From the NCBI RefSeq assembly GCF_009914755.1, contig NC_060941.1: a stretch of 64,000 nucleotides of DNA. One strand, given 5' to 3'. Numbering within the stretch: position 1 is the first letter of the stretch; each line of letters begins with the position of its first letter. The notes beneath the pieces were generated by a model. That model ran no database searches and was not told where the DNA came from. It saw nothing but the letters and a program-made list of their open reading frames with translations. Source of the stretch: the human T2T-CHM13v2.0 reference genome, Homo sapiens. The position numbers were made by a program, and so were the translations under genes. Below, piece after piece: positions 15,691 to 31,415 of this stretch.

Positions 15691-17166
15691 CTCCTTACTG
15701 GTGAAACTCACTTGAGTAAAGAAAATAAATAGAAATGTATCAGTATTCTTCTTATACATACTACATGTATAGAACCAGTTTACCTGGTTTCTGTTAGTTA
15801 GAAGAGAACAAAAAAAGAAACTATTGCTTTGTTAGTCCAAATCAATAATCTAGCCCACCACAGACTTTCAGACTGCAACCACTAGAAATGGTTTGTGTGA
15901 GATAGTAGTAGTTACAGGGTCTAGCACAGTGCTGGAAACTTAACAGGAACTCAGTGAAGACCCTCCAAACTTATTGACTTCCTATTGAAGCTAGTTAGCA
16001 GCCTTGTATCATTAAGGAGGCAGATGGCCTCTGATAAACTTATGGATGTCTAACGTGGAAGAACTGGTGTCTTGGAAGAAAACTGAATCAAAATACCTCT
16101 TTACCAGGGTATGGTAAGAATTGGTATGGAAGAATTCTTTTCTTCAGAGGAATATAATGCTTAGTTTCTAAATGAAGCTCTTCTGAGGTAGATTGCCATA
16201 GTACTGTGGGAGTCAGGAGCCCAGGGTTTGTGCCCCAACACTCAAATTGACTAGACTTTGTGAACTTGAGAATTTTACTTGAATTTTTTAGAGCTCAGTT
16301 TTCTTATTTGTAAAATGAAGAAGTGTGACTAATTGATCTTTCAGAATTGTCTCTGCTAAAATTTTGATTCTGAGAACACATCTTCATGGTTAAAAGTAAC
16401 TTTCCACACTATTCCAGTGTTTTCCTTTGAGTGTTTAAGTATTTATCACTCCAAACTGCTGTTTATCTGAGTAGTTCAAGTGGCTTGCAATTTGAGTGTG
16501 TCAGAAAGGAAGCCAGAAAGCTCAAGCTCAAGCTCTCTGTGACTCCTCTGTATATCAGAGTTGCAGATAACAGAGTGGTAGAATCATGCATGACAGAAAA
16601 TAAATCCCAAGGACGAGAAGAGTTGCTTTCACAGAAAGCAGAGGTACCTGGGGATCTCTCTATGAGCCTGGGGGAGCAAAAATTTATAGAAAACAGCCCA
16701 TGTACTCCCCAAAGCAGAGATTCTTTAAAGGTAGTTCACTAAGTTATTCTCTAACATCCATTGCCTTCAGGAGAATCTCCAGAAACACCAAGACACTCCC
16801 CATTCATGAGATAAACATCCGTTGTTGAGACTGTAGATTTGGTCTGACAGTTAACTTTCCGAATTTGAAAGGAGTTAAGAGAGCTAAATATGCGGTTCTA
16901 TATATCAGAATTACTCAGAACCAATGTTACCTTATACAAAATAATTTTTGTTACAATTTATTGATGGCCAAACTATATTCTACCAGTGCCATCTTAACCA
17001 ATAGAAGGGTCAAGAATAAGTGACTGATATAATGCAAGCTATTTTTTGGCACAAATCTGTTACCTGTATGAACTGGTGTTGAATATGTTACTGGCAGGAG
17101 CAGCAGTTTTTTCACTAATAGTAAGAATGATGTCTGTATATGGAGGGTTGGCTTAATTTTTTACAG

Positions 17167-17239
17167 AATATAAGTTATTATATTAAACTTAATATAAGTT
17201 ATTATATATAAACTTAATATGAGTTATCATATTAAGCTT
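17167..17239. repeat. AT-rich minisatellite, 3 x 24-25 bp
   Basis: aatataagttattatattaaactt / aatataagttattatatataaactt / aatatgagttatcatattaagctt. Confidence 0.9.
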
Positions 17240-17392
17240 GGATGGGTCATTTGGAACCTCACTGGCTTTCTTAATCCTTGGGTGATGATACTAATTAATA
17301 GTTGTAGTGATAATAAAAAAACATGGGAAATCACTGGAGTTCCCAACTTCTTTCTCTGCATCATCTGTCATTCTTTCTTCTGCCCCTGTCTT

Positions 17393-18006
17393 CTTTCTGT
17401 TTGGTGTTCAGAGAATAGTAGAAATAAAAGCTGAGCACCACTGCTGTGGAAGATAGGAGCAGTTTAGCCTGCAGTACTGCCTTGCTTGGCTGTCCTTCCC
17501 CCACAGAAACTCAGCCCCCCAGCCCGCCCCCCTCCTTGTCATTTCCCTGGAAAGGTATAGAAAAGCTGTCAAGGCAGGCACTAGCCTGTCATCCTGCTTT
17601 CCACCTACTCTCCCAAACCTGACACCCCCATCAGTCTCCACCACCACCACCACCATTATCCACACCCCCAACACACACACACACAAAGAACAAAAATATT
17701 TTGTGAAAACAGACCTGTTGTATAATTCAGGATTATTACATTAACTACAGGTATTCTCAGTATAGTAGTTGGGGAAGCTCTAATACAAGACTGTATGTTT
17801 CTATCACTAAAAGTCTCAATGTAGTTATTATTTGGATTTGACATTTGCCAACAGCTGCCAAGCCCCCAAACAGCTGTTAAGTAAATAAATCCTACGTTCC
17901 TACTCTGTTCATTTCAGAAGTCTCTTTTGCCAGTGTGCTATGCACATTGACTATTGCCTACCTATTAACTTTTATTTCTACTATTGTCTGAATACCAAAC
18001 AGAAAG
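17393..18006. repeat. 38-bp inverted repeat (36/38 identity) with 538-bp spacer
   Basis: 17393-17430 ctttctgtttggtgttcagagaatagtagaaataaaag versus the reverse complement of 17969-18006 ctttctgtttggtattcagacaatagtagaaataaaag. Confidence 0.95.
17507..17554 (+). CDS. Candidate 48-nt alternative TANC2 cassette exon (QTQPPSPPPSLSFPWK)
   Basis: tgtccttcccccacag| acceptor and AAG|gtatag donor; 48 nt, stop-free in the phase-1 frame of the flanking exons. No transcript evidence available. Confidence 0.4.
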
Positions 18007-18529
18007 TAAGGTGTTTAGACAAAAAGGAGGGCATTTCCAAAAGGAAATAGCTAGAAAGACAGAGGGCATTTGGACAGTAATTACCCACAAAATCAAATAC
18101 CAGATAAAGGGGAATAGAGTAGGGGAAGGAAGTGAACAGCAGAAATAATGCAGAAATAATACAGTAACATACAATCACTGAACTTCACCTCAACCCAAAT
18201 GTCACACAGTCCTTGAGGCTTCTTTCACTGCCATCCTCCATGCCCACCCCCCTGCAGTTATCCAGAACTGTATCCAGTGACCAAGAAATTTACTGCACCA
18301 GTTAAATGAAAGAAGTCTAAATTCACTCCTACTGGTAAGGAGTTAAATGAGGACTACTTTTTCCTATTCTTCCTTCTTTTCAATCACTATTGGCCATCAA
18401 ATAACAACTTCTAATATTTACTTTGGTATCTATTTTTAAAGTATGATCTTATTCATAAATATAGCCTATAATTTCTACTAGTAACAATAAATGTTCTAAA
18501 TAAGAACAAATTGAATTTTTAAAAAAATC

Positions 18530-19090
18530 TTAAAACAGTTTTATTGAGCTGTAACTCACATACTATGTAATTCACCCATTTAAAGCGTTCAACTCAGTAT
18601 TTTTAGTATAATTCACAGAGTTGTATAGCAATCACCATAATGTAACTTTAGGCCATTTTCATCCCCTTAAAAGAAGCTCATGCCTGTTAGCAGTCAATCC
18701 CCATTCTCCTCTTAACCCTCTATTTCCAGCCCTAGGTAACCACTAATTTACTTTCTGTCTCTACAGATGTTTCTGTTCTGGGCATTTCACATAAATAGAA
18801 TCATACAATATATGGTCCTTTTTTTTACTGACCTCTTGGATTTAGCATAACATTTTCAAGGGTTTATCCCCGTTCTAGCATGTATCGGTATCTCATTTCT
18901 TTTTATTGTTAGTAGTCTATTGAATGGATATTTTGTATTTCATCTATTCATCAGTTGGTGGGCATTTAGGTTGTTTCCACTTTTGGCTATTATGAATCGT
19001 TCTTCTGTGAACACTTGTGTACAAGTTTTTGGGTGGACATGTGTTTTTATTTCTCTTAAGTATATACTTAGGAGCAGAATTGTTAGATCA
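18530..19090 (-). mobile_element. L1MB-type 3' end fragment
   Basis: Reverse complement of L1MB 3'UTR (ttattgagctgtaactcacatac...ttgtttccacttttggctattatgaat). Confidence 0.8.
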
Positions 19091-19170
19091 TAGAACAAAT
19101 GGAATTTAGCCATTTTTCCTTAAAGTTTTTATGATTATCTGATGCAAACATCTAAATCTTTTTAATCCAG

Positions 19171-19304
19171 ATGTGGATGCCAACAGAGAGCTGCCACTCA
19201 CACAGCCACCTTCAGCCCACTCATCTATCACCAGTGGAAGCTGCCCAGGAACTCCGGAAATGCGCAGGCGGCAGGAGGAGGCTATGCGAAGACTAGCCTC
19301 GCAG
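19171..19304 (+). CDS. TANC2: TANC2 coding exon (missed by the ORF track)
   Basis: tttaatccag| acceptor and CAG|gtacaa donor; 134 nt, phase 1-0. Encodes (H)[44 protein letters not shown] and joins both neighbours in frame. Confidence 0.95.
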
Positions 19305-19544
19305 GTACAATATGATTCCCACGTTGGGGATATGGTAGTTCCATTTTAATATCAAGGAAGCAAAGATAGGGAGACCTTTGGCAAAGTGAACAAAAATACG
19401 TAAAGCTATACCATGAGAACGTGGAGGAAAGTTTCTCTTTCTTTGATATTCCTAGAAAAATACTTTATTGTGATGGGATCAGAACCTTAGAGTTGGAAAG
19501 ACCCTTAGAAAAAACGTCTTCTAGTGAATAAATAAAGAAGTTGA

Positions 19545-19864
<320 letters not shown>

Positions 19865-20299
19865 GGAAGTGGTATGTTTTACCCAACATCAGGGTATAAG
19901 TAATCAACAGTTTTAAATTTTCATTCCTAGCTTAAAACTCTTCGTGCTATACTACCCTGTCCATAATATTTTTTATACATTTGAGTTTGAAATTTCTATT
20001 TTTTTCAAAATAACATAAACACATAGAAAATCAAAGAATGCTCAAAACCAGCAGTGCTCTTCCTCTACCCCACCCATCTTCTCTCCACAGGCAGCCACTT
20101 TTACCTCTTAAGGAAGTTTCTCTGATTTTCACCTCCATATTTCTAAATACTATTCGTATACTGCTAAAATTTTTATTAGTTTACAAATTATCTATTGCTT
20201 CTTATTATGGATGATGGGAATTATAGTTGTTTCACCTTCCTTCTTCCTACCACCATCCCAATACAATTATTGCATGATTTTTGGCTGAATCCATATTAT

Positions 20300-21700
<1,401 letters not shown>

Positions 21701-22451
21701 GTGTAGAGAGCTTGACCATAGAACATTAAGATGATCCGCCCTTTTTTTGAAATGCCCAAAAGTCAGTATTCCTAAGTTTTTTTCCTGGGCTGTTCAAATT
21801 CTCTAGCAAAGAATCCTCCAGTCTTCTGACTGGAGAGTATATGTCTTGGGTGCCAGCATTTTGGAGCTGGGCAGGAAAAGAGGGCTGGAGCTTCACTGTT
21901 CACTATCAGACATTTATTTAAGCCCCTTGTTTTCAGTCCTGCACCTGATCTCTACCTTGCTCAATGTGTGGTGTCCCTAAGTCTAGATTCTCTCTTGTTT
22001 AATTTCTCTAGTTCTCTTTCCTGTGGGTGTTGGGGAAGGTAGTCACCTGGCTGGGCAGGGCAGGGATGGGAATCTGGGGATCTAACTTCTTACATAAACT
22101 TCATATAAATTCTGTGTTTTCAGGTCCCTTCACCCTTCTCTTCCACAGTACCTGGTGTTTCTAATTCCTATGCTTTGTGGAAGTTTTACAGATGGTCTGT
22201 AATATTGTAAGGTTCAAATTTTTCATAGAAATACACTCCAGCTCCAAGCCAGAAACAGCATGTTTTCCCAGATACATTATTAATTATTCCTACTCAGTAG
22301 TACATCCTCATCTATAAATGGGCTTCTGCAAAATCTGAGATTTCCGTCAATTCATTGCGAAGTCATTGTAGCTTTAAAAGACATCTCTGTTTTTTTCTAA
22401 ATATCTCCTGTGTAAACGGTCTCTATCCTCTTCTTTAGAACAGTTAGAATC

Positions 22452-22734
<283 letters not shown>

Positions 22735-23859
22735 CTATCTTAGAAATACACAGATGTTAAAGTGCTTCCAGCACTTCAGTTATTCAGTCATTCAGTTATT
22801 CAATTTAGATATACATTTGAAGGACCTATAGTCCAGGACTGAAGATAAATCAGTGAACAAAACAGACACAATTCCTGCTGTTATACAGTCCACATTCTCA
22901 TGAGAGAAAGACAATAAACAAATACATATATAGTATGTCAGAAGATGATAAGTGCTAAGATCACAGAGAATTAATTCTCCTCACTTTCTTACATCTTATT
23001 CTTTCTCTCATCAAGAGAAGTCCCAAGATGTTCATGTTCAATATTTGGAAAACATTACATGTCATAAGTAGGAAATTAGTGGCTACTGTTTATACTTATT
23101 TGAGGCATGATTACATGTTAAATTTCATGATTGTGTCTTCCTTAAGCAAAATATAAATTAATCTAGTTGCACCTAGACATGGAATCCTGTTCAGCTTATA
23201 ACATTGTATGAGAAGTAGCCACTTAGCTTAAAACTGAATGTTATCCCAGTTATTGTGCTACGTGTTACAGTTCAGCTACACAAAAGTGTTCTGTAGACGC
23301 ATAGAGCAGAAGCCTGCAATCTTGCTGCTCACCTATAGCAAACCAGTAAGCAGAAATTATCTTTTAAATAGGATTTTCAAATTAGTTAATGTTTTGATGA
23401 GGTAGACTAACATGAAAATTTAAAGTGTTCTTGAAAAATCTCTCAATTTGACATATTCTTGGTGTCATTTCTTTGTATGTCAGTAATTATCATTGGTATT
23501 TCATAACATTCTTGCTCTTTCTTGTGCATCTAGTTAACTGAGAACACTGGAGAGTTTTTGTCACAACTTTAGAACTATTTCATTTATTGAAGAAATACTT
23601 TCCATTTGAAGCAAAGATTTTGATAGGTTGGCATCTCTCGAGCGTGTCTCCACTTAACATTGCATATTTCTTCTAAAGCATAATCACAGTAGAGGGACAG
23701 GGAGATCTCATTCAGGGCCTTTCCTGGATATGTGAATTTAACTCCAACAGAGATTTCTCTAGGTTTTGAATCTGTTGTGCCCCTGTGGTAATACACACAA
23801 AATTCACGAGACAAGGAGAAGTTGGCCTCCCTTTATGGAAGGCTTAATGTGTGTTATGG

Positions 23860-24190
23860 GCTTAGTGCTATTTACCTTATATTTGCTATATCATTTCTTC
23901 ATTTTTACCTTAACCCTATGAGGTACATCATTATCTCATTTTACAGATGAAGAAACAGTGACTTCAGTGATTAATTTTTTCAAAGTCATACTGTTAATAA
24001 ATAACGAAGTGAGGATTCAGAGTCAGTATCCTCCCCTGTAATGTGAATACTATGGTTATCCCCATTTTACAAATGAGGAAATAGAGGCTCTGAGGTTAAA
24101 TAACTTGCTTGAGACCATAAGCTAGTACATGACTGAGTCAAGATTTAAACTGAGGCAGACAAAGTCTATACTCTTAACCACTGCACGAAG
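23860..24190 (-). mobile_element. Two MIR fragments
   Basis: cattttacagatgaagaaac and cccattttacaaatgaggaaatagaggctc cores. Confidence 0.7.
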
Positions 24191-25234
24191 CTGCTTCTCT
24201 AGTGTGACAGGAAGGAATTTAGTTTAGTGTTATTTCGAAAAATCCATCCATCATTTAAGGTGGCTTCACAGCAAGAAAATTATAATGAAGATGTACTTTC
24301 AGTCATTTTGCTGACCTAAAATTCTTCTTCAAAAAAGGTTTTTATGCAACTAGAATCTCCCAACACATTAAGCAAGTTGTCACTGACAGTCCTTAGATTA
24401 AGAAGCTAACATATCTGAAATGAGTTCATTAGAGAAAACAGCTAATTTTAGGAAGTGTCACAGAGATACAAAAAGCAAAGGTTTTTTTTCCCAAGGAAAT
24501 CTATGTAAGAAAAAAAGTAAATGTCATCCTTGCCAAGAGACAAGTTCTGTACTATACCAGGGGGTGTCAAATGATCATGGTTCCTGAAATTGTTGCAGTC
24601 ACTATTAAAGCTGTCAGCCAAAGAAGTAGTCATTTCAGTAATCCTTTAATATTGAGCATTTTGAACATAATATGGAAATGTAAGCCAGAAACATGCACAC
24701 ACACACACATACATACACAGAAAATGAAAAACAATAATGAAGAATAAGATTTTATTTGTGTTGTAGTGATTATTTTTAAAAATATTTTCATTTAGTAGAA
24801 ATGAGATCCAAACTAAACAACACATACCCCATAGATGATGTTTTATAAAATTTGTCTAGGGCTTTTCTTCTCTAAAAATTAACACTGACGTTTTACTGTC
24901 AGACCCAGATTTCATCTACATTTGGAACACTGAATATGGGAAAACAGCCTTGTTGTTTATTGTTAATTTCTATGTTGTTTTTATTTTCTACCTCTTCCAC
25001 TAGAATGGGTCAGTGTTTAAATGTTCACCACCATATCCCCAGCTCCTACACAATGCATGGCACATAAATATTTGAATGAAGAAATTCTAGTCAATTCTCT
25101 GTACTGAGTAATCTTTCTAAAACATTTGTTTTTTGCTACTTAAAGCCATCAAATAGCTCCTCCTTGCCCTTGAATGAAATCCAAACTCCCTTCTTAAAAT
25201 ATCATAAAAATTGTAATGAAAGGACCTCTGCTTT

Positions 25235-25468
25235 TCCCAGGACCGGTTATTTTAGACTACATAATTCTTTGTGTGGGGTGGGGGGCGGGGGGCGGGCAGG
25301 GGCAAGGCGGATGTTGTCCTGTCTACTATAGGATATTTAGAAGAAGTGACCTTGACCTCTGTGCTACCAGTAGCACTCCCTCAACCTCTAATTAAGACAA
25401 CCAGAAACGTCTCCAGAAATTGCCAAATGTTTCCTGGGGAGCAAAACCACTGCCAGTGGAAAACCTCG
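25235..25468 (-). mobile_element. MER20 (hAT-Charlie) with G-rich expansion
   Basis: ataattctttg...gacaaccagaaacgtctccagaaattgccaaatgt matches the MER20 reverse complement. Confidence 0.75.
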
Positions 25469-25479
25469 CCATGCCCTAT

Positions 25480-25905
25480 CTTCCACCATTCCCCACTCAC
25501 TTATATGCTAGCCACACTAAAATTGATTTCAGTTCCTTGAAAGTAAAAAGCTATGTCTTGCCTTAGGGCCTTTGCATACTTTTTTCCCCTGCCTGGAAAA
25601 CTACCACACCTTGGTTCACCCCTTGTCCTTCTTCATGTCTCAGCTTAAATATTGCTTCTTCTAAAAAAGCTTTCTCTGGCTCTCCTAAATTACCTTAAGG
25701 TGCCCCAGCTGTGTGTTGCCCTAGCACCCTATGTTTCCTCTCTTCTATCACACTATTATTATTACTTGTTTAATTGCCTCTGTTTCCTGCTAAACTGTGG
25801 AGGGCAGACAGGGGTCATAGCTATATTACTCATTATTATAGCTTTAAAACCTAGCACAGTGCCTGATATACAATGGAAGTTCAATTAATATTTGTGAATG
25901 AATGA
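25480..25905 (+). mobile_element. L2 3' fragment
   Basis: agggcctttgcat...cctagcacagtgcctga...tgaatgaatgaa terminal repeat. Confidence 0.75.
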
Positions 25906-26745
25906 AAATGTTAGTGTTTTCTATTAGGAAATCTTGGAGTATTCAGCTGGGTACTTATACATGATAGTGGTTCCCAACCAATTTATAAGGTCAATTCAGA
26001 ATCAGATTCATGTGTTCCGGGAATGAATCTTGTTTGAGAATCTGGAATTCCACCAATCCTCTAAGACAAAGTTTCATAAACTGTAGATTGAATGTACTTA
26101 GACTGTTTATGTGTGCCAGATCAGCATCTCTAGGAATTCCAGATGAACTAAATAAATTAGCCGCTTTTCTTTAAAATTTGTATTTGTTATCGGCCCTAAC
26201 CTCCTTTGGCTCAAGTAATCAGTAATGTATAATTGAATAGTAGCAATATACAGGATACAGCTGTTTAGATCTAGAATTATAACAAAGATAAACATTATCC
26301 TGATCTCAGCTACAGCTAATTAAACAACAGGGCTCTGACTACGAGCCATTGAGGCATACTGTAAAGCCTAAATCAAAACGGTGTGTTTCTAGTATGTGAA
26401 TAGACAAGTGGAATAGAATAAAAAGTTCAGAATTAGACCCAAGGACATGTGGACACTTAGTGTATGATGAAGGCAGTATTTCAGATCATTGGGATAAAGG
26501 TGGACTTTTTAATTAAATGGGCTGAGACAACTAAATAACCATATAGATAACTCATATCTCACACCATGCACAAGAATAAGCAAATGGATTAAGGATCTAA
26601 ATATTTAAAAATGAAACCATGCAACTAATGGAAGAAAACTTAGTAACTTTCTCTTTAACCTTGGTGAAGAGAAAGGCTTTCTAGGATCTAAAGCTAGAGG
26701 AATAGAAGAAAAGATTGACAAATTTGGCCACGTGAAAAAATTTTA

Positions 26746-26937
<192 letters not shown>

Positions 26938-27992
26938 TCAAAAACAACAACAACAACAACAAAAAAAAAACTTCTAATGTTGCATGACCAAAAAATACCA
27001 GAAACAAAGTCAAAAGACAACTGATAAACTGAGAGAAAATATTGACAAAAGAGCTCAAAAGTACAGGCAACAAAAGGAAAAATAGACAAATGGAATGACA
27101 TGTAAACTAAAAACCTTTTGCACAGCAAAGGAAACAGTTAACAAAGTGAGGAGACAATTCACAGAAGGGGAGAAAATCTTTGAAAACCATACATCTGATA
27201 AGGAGTTAATATCTAAAATATAAAAGGAACTCAGACAATTCAATGGCAAAAAACAACCTGATTAAAAAAATGGGCAAAGGACCTGAACAGACATTTCTCA
27301 AAAGAAGGCATACATGTGGCCAGCAGGTACATGAAAAAATGCTCAGCATAACTAATCATTAAGGAAATGCAAATTAAAACCACATTGAGATATCATCTCA
27401 CACCAATTAGAATGGCTTTTGCCAAAAAGACGAAAGATAAGTGTTGGCAAGGATGTGGAGAAAAGGGCACTCTTTACGTTGTTGGTGGGAATGTAAATTA
27501 GTACAGCCATTATGGAAAACAGCATGGAGGTTCCTCAAAAAACTAAAAATAGAGCTATCATATGATCCAGTAATCCTGCTTCCAAGTATATATGCAAAGA
27601 AACTGAAATCAATGTCAAAGGGATAGCCACACGCCCATGTTCATTGCAGCATCATTTGCAGTAGCCAAGATATGGAACCAAGCTGAATGGATTCTTTAAG
27701 TGTGTTATTTTTTTAAAAAAGCAGTTTGGAAATTTCTCAAAGAACTTAAAACAGAGTTACTGTTGAACCCAACAATCCCATTACTGGGTATATACCCAAA
27801 GAAATATAAATTGTTCTATATATAAATATAAAGACATGTGTCCATGTGTTCATCGCAGCACTTTTCACAATAGCAAAGCCATGGAATCAACCTAGATGCC
27901 TATCAGTGGTGGCCTGGATAAAGAAAATGTGGTACATATACACCATGGAATACTGTGCAGCCATTAAAAAAAAAGAATGAAATCATTCATGG

Positions 27993-28248
27993 TTTTTTTT
28001 ATTATACTTTAAGTTTTAGGGTACATGTGCACAATGTGCAGGTTAGTTACATATGTATACATGTGCCATGCTGGTGTGCTGCACCCATTAACTCATCATT
28101 TAGCATTAGGTATAACTGCTAATGCTATCCCTCCCCACTCCCCCCACCTCACAACAGTCTCCAGAGTGTGATGTTCCCCTTCCTGTGTCCATGTGTTCTC
28201 ATTGTTCAATTCCCACCTATGAGTGAGAACATGCGGTGTTTGGTTTTT
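27993..28248 (-). mobile_element. Young L1PA 3' terminal fragment inserted antisense in an older L1 3'UTR
   Basis: ttattatactttaagttttagggtacatgtgcac... (L1PA 3' end, reverse complement); tggttttt on both sides. Confidence 0.9.
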
Positions 28249-28582
28249 ACAGCAACATGGATGCAGCCGGAGGCCATCATGCTTAGCAAATTGATACAGG
28301 AACAGAATACCAAATACTGCATGTTCTTGCTAATAAATGGGAGCTAAACATTGAGTACACATGGACACAAGAAAGAGAATAACAGACACTGGGGCCCACT
28401 TGAGGGTGGAAAGTAGGAGGAAGGTGAGGATACTACCTGTCGGGTACTATGCTCACTGTGGGTGACAGTCATCTGTACACCAAACCCCAAGCAATTTACC
28501 CATTAACAAACCTGCCCATGTACTTTCTGAACCTAAAATAAAAGTTGGAAGAAAAACAGAATTTTAAAACATGGTATGTGTA

Positions 28583-28621
<39 letters not shown>

Positions 28622-28862
28622 TCATTGTGTGTGTGTGTTTGTATAATAGAATACTACTTAGCCTTTAAAAAGAAGGAAATCCTGTCTTTTGCAAGAATAG
28701 GGATAAAACTGAAGGACATTATGCTAAGTTAAATAAGCCAGAAACAGAAAGACAAATACTGCATGATCTTTCTTATATGTGGAATCTAAAAAAGTTAAAC
28801 TCATAGAAGTAAACAGTAGAAAGATAGTTACCAGAGACTGGGAGTGTGAAGAAGGAAGGAAT

Positions 28863-28902
28863 GGGAGAAGTTGTTGATCACAGGTGATCAACAACTTCTC
28901 CC
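28863..28902. repeat. Perfect palindrome, 19-bp arms with 2-nt loop
   Basis: gggagaagttgttgatcac-ag-gtgatcaacaacttctccc. Confidence 0.97.
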
Positions 28903-30998
28903 TTGTACAAATTTTCAGATAGATAGGAAGAATAAGTTTTAAGATCTGTTACAAAGCAGGGCAACTACAATAATATATTTCAAAATAACTAACTTTTAAG
29001 TGTTTCACCATAAAAAATGATACAATAGGGAGGTGATACATGTCAATTAGCTTGGTTTCATCATTCCACATTATATACATATATCAAAACATCACATTGT
29101 ACCCCATAAATGTATGCAATTATGATTAGTCAATCAAACATAATAATTTAAAAATCTACCACTTGTCAACTTTTAGCATAGTATCAAAGAAAAACATCCA
29201 CCTTCCCTTCTCCAACATATGACTGGCATTTCGTCTTGTACTTGAATCCAAAACAGTTTCTTGGAGCATACTGAATGCAGAGGCAGATTTGGGAGTCTAT
29301 TGCAAAAATTTACACAGTGCCACTTTCTGAAATGTTTGCTTTGAAAAATAGTTATTTTCATAAAACATATTCTTAGATGTCAGCATGATAGATTTATTAT
29401 TTTTTTAATGAATCAATAAAAATTTTAAGAAAAATTATAGCATATACTACAGATAAAGAGTTAATATCTCTTATATTTAAAGAACTCTTTAAAATTGAGG
29501 AAAAGACCAAAACATGATGAAAAAATGGGAAAAAAATAAACAGACAACTCACAAAAAAGATTAAAATGGCCTTGAAACATTTTGAAACATGTTCAAACTC
29601 ATAACTAAAGAAATGCAAACTAAATCAATACTGAGATACCAGTTTTTTACCTATCAACTAGCAAAAATTTTAAAACATGACAATTTAAAAACTATTCTGT
29701 TGTCAAGGCTGTGGGAAAACAGACACTCTCATACTGGAGCACGCCTGTCAACACCATTTTTCTGAGAGCATGTGTTTGCTTCATGTCTCCATGTCACATT
29801 TGGTAATGCTTGCAATATTTCAAACTTTTTAATTATTACTATATTTGTTATGGTAATCTGCGATCAGTAGTCTTTGATGTTACCATTGTAATTGGTTTCA
29901 GATACCATGAAGACAGCAAATTTAATAAATGTTTTATGTGTTCCGATGACTCTACTGACCAGCCATTCCCCCATCTCTGTCTCCTTGGGCCTCCCTATTC
30001 TCTGAGACACAATATTGAAATTAGGCCAATGAATAACATCATAATGGCCTCCAAGTGTTCAAGTAAAAAGAAGAACTGCACATCTCTCACATTAAATCAA
30101 AAGCTAGAAACAATTAAATTTAGTGAGGAAGGCATGTCAAAAACCCAAAATAGGCTGAAAGCTAGGCCTCTTGCACCAAGCAAGTAATCAAGTTTTGAGT
30201 ATAAGGGAAAAGTTCTTGAAGGAAATTAAAAGTGCTGCTTTAGTGAACACATGAACAGTAAGAAAGCAAAACAAGCTTTTTGCTGATACAGAGAAAATTT
30301 TAGTGGTCTAGTTAGAAAATCAAACCAGCCACAAAATTTTCTATAAGCCAAAGCCTAATCCAGAGTAAGGCCCTAACTCTCTTCAATTCTATGAAGGCTG
30401 AGAGAGGTGAGGAAGCTTCAGAAAAAGAGTTTGAAGGTAACAGAGGTTGATTCATGAGGTTTAAGGAAAGAAGCCATCTCCATAACATAAAAGTGCAAGG
30501 TGAAGCAGTACGTGCTGATACACGAGCTGTAGCAAGTTATCCAGAAGATCCAGCTAAGATAATTGATGAAAGTGGCTACACTTAAACCATAGATTTTCCT
30601 TTTTTTTCATTGTTTTACTTTACATCTTTATTACATATTTTCTGAGACTTTATTTTAAAAAAAAAATTTATTCAGGATCATAATTTGCATGACAATAAAC
30701 AATGGTTTCGTGGGTTCCAAATTCTTAAAGGTGACCATACCAATTTAAAATACAAGTCATCTTTTTGATTTGCAGCACCTGACTTAAAATATAATTCATC
30801 TAATGCATTCATTAAAAGTGTCCGTTCTTTTATAAGAAAGATATGTTTTAATTGCTGTTTTCCAGACTGTTAAACATGGGTATATATTATTTTTAATTGG
30901 TTAGCAGAATTTTACTCACATAATTTATAGCCACAACAAGAGCCTCTAGCCTCTCTGAATGGACTTCCACTGAGAACAATGATGATAATAAATATCTA

Positions 30999-31415
<417 letters not shown>

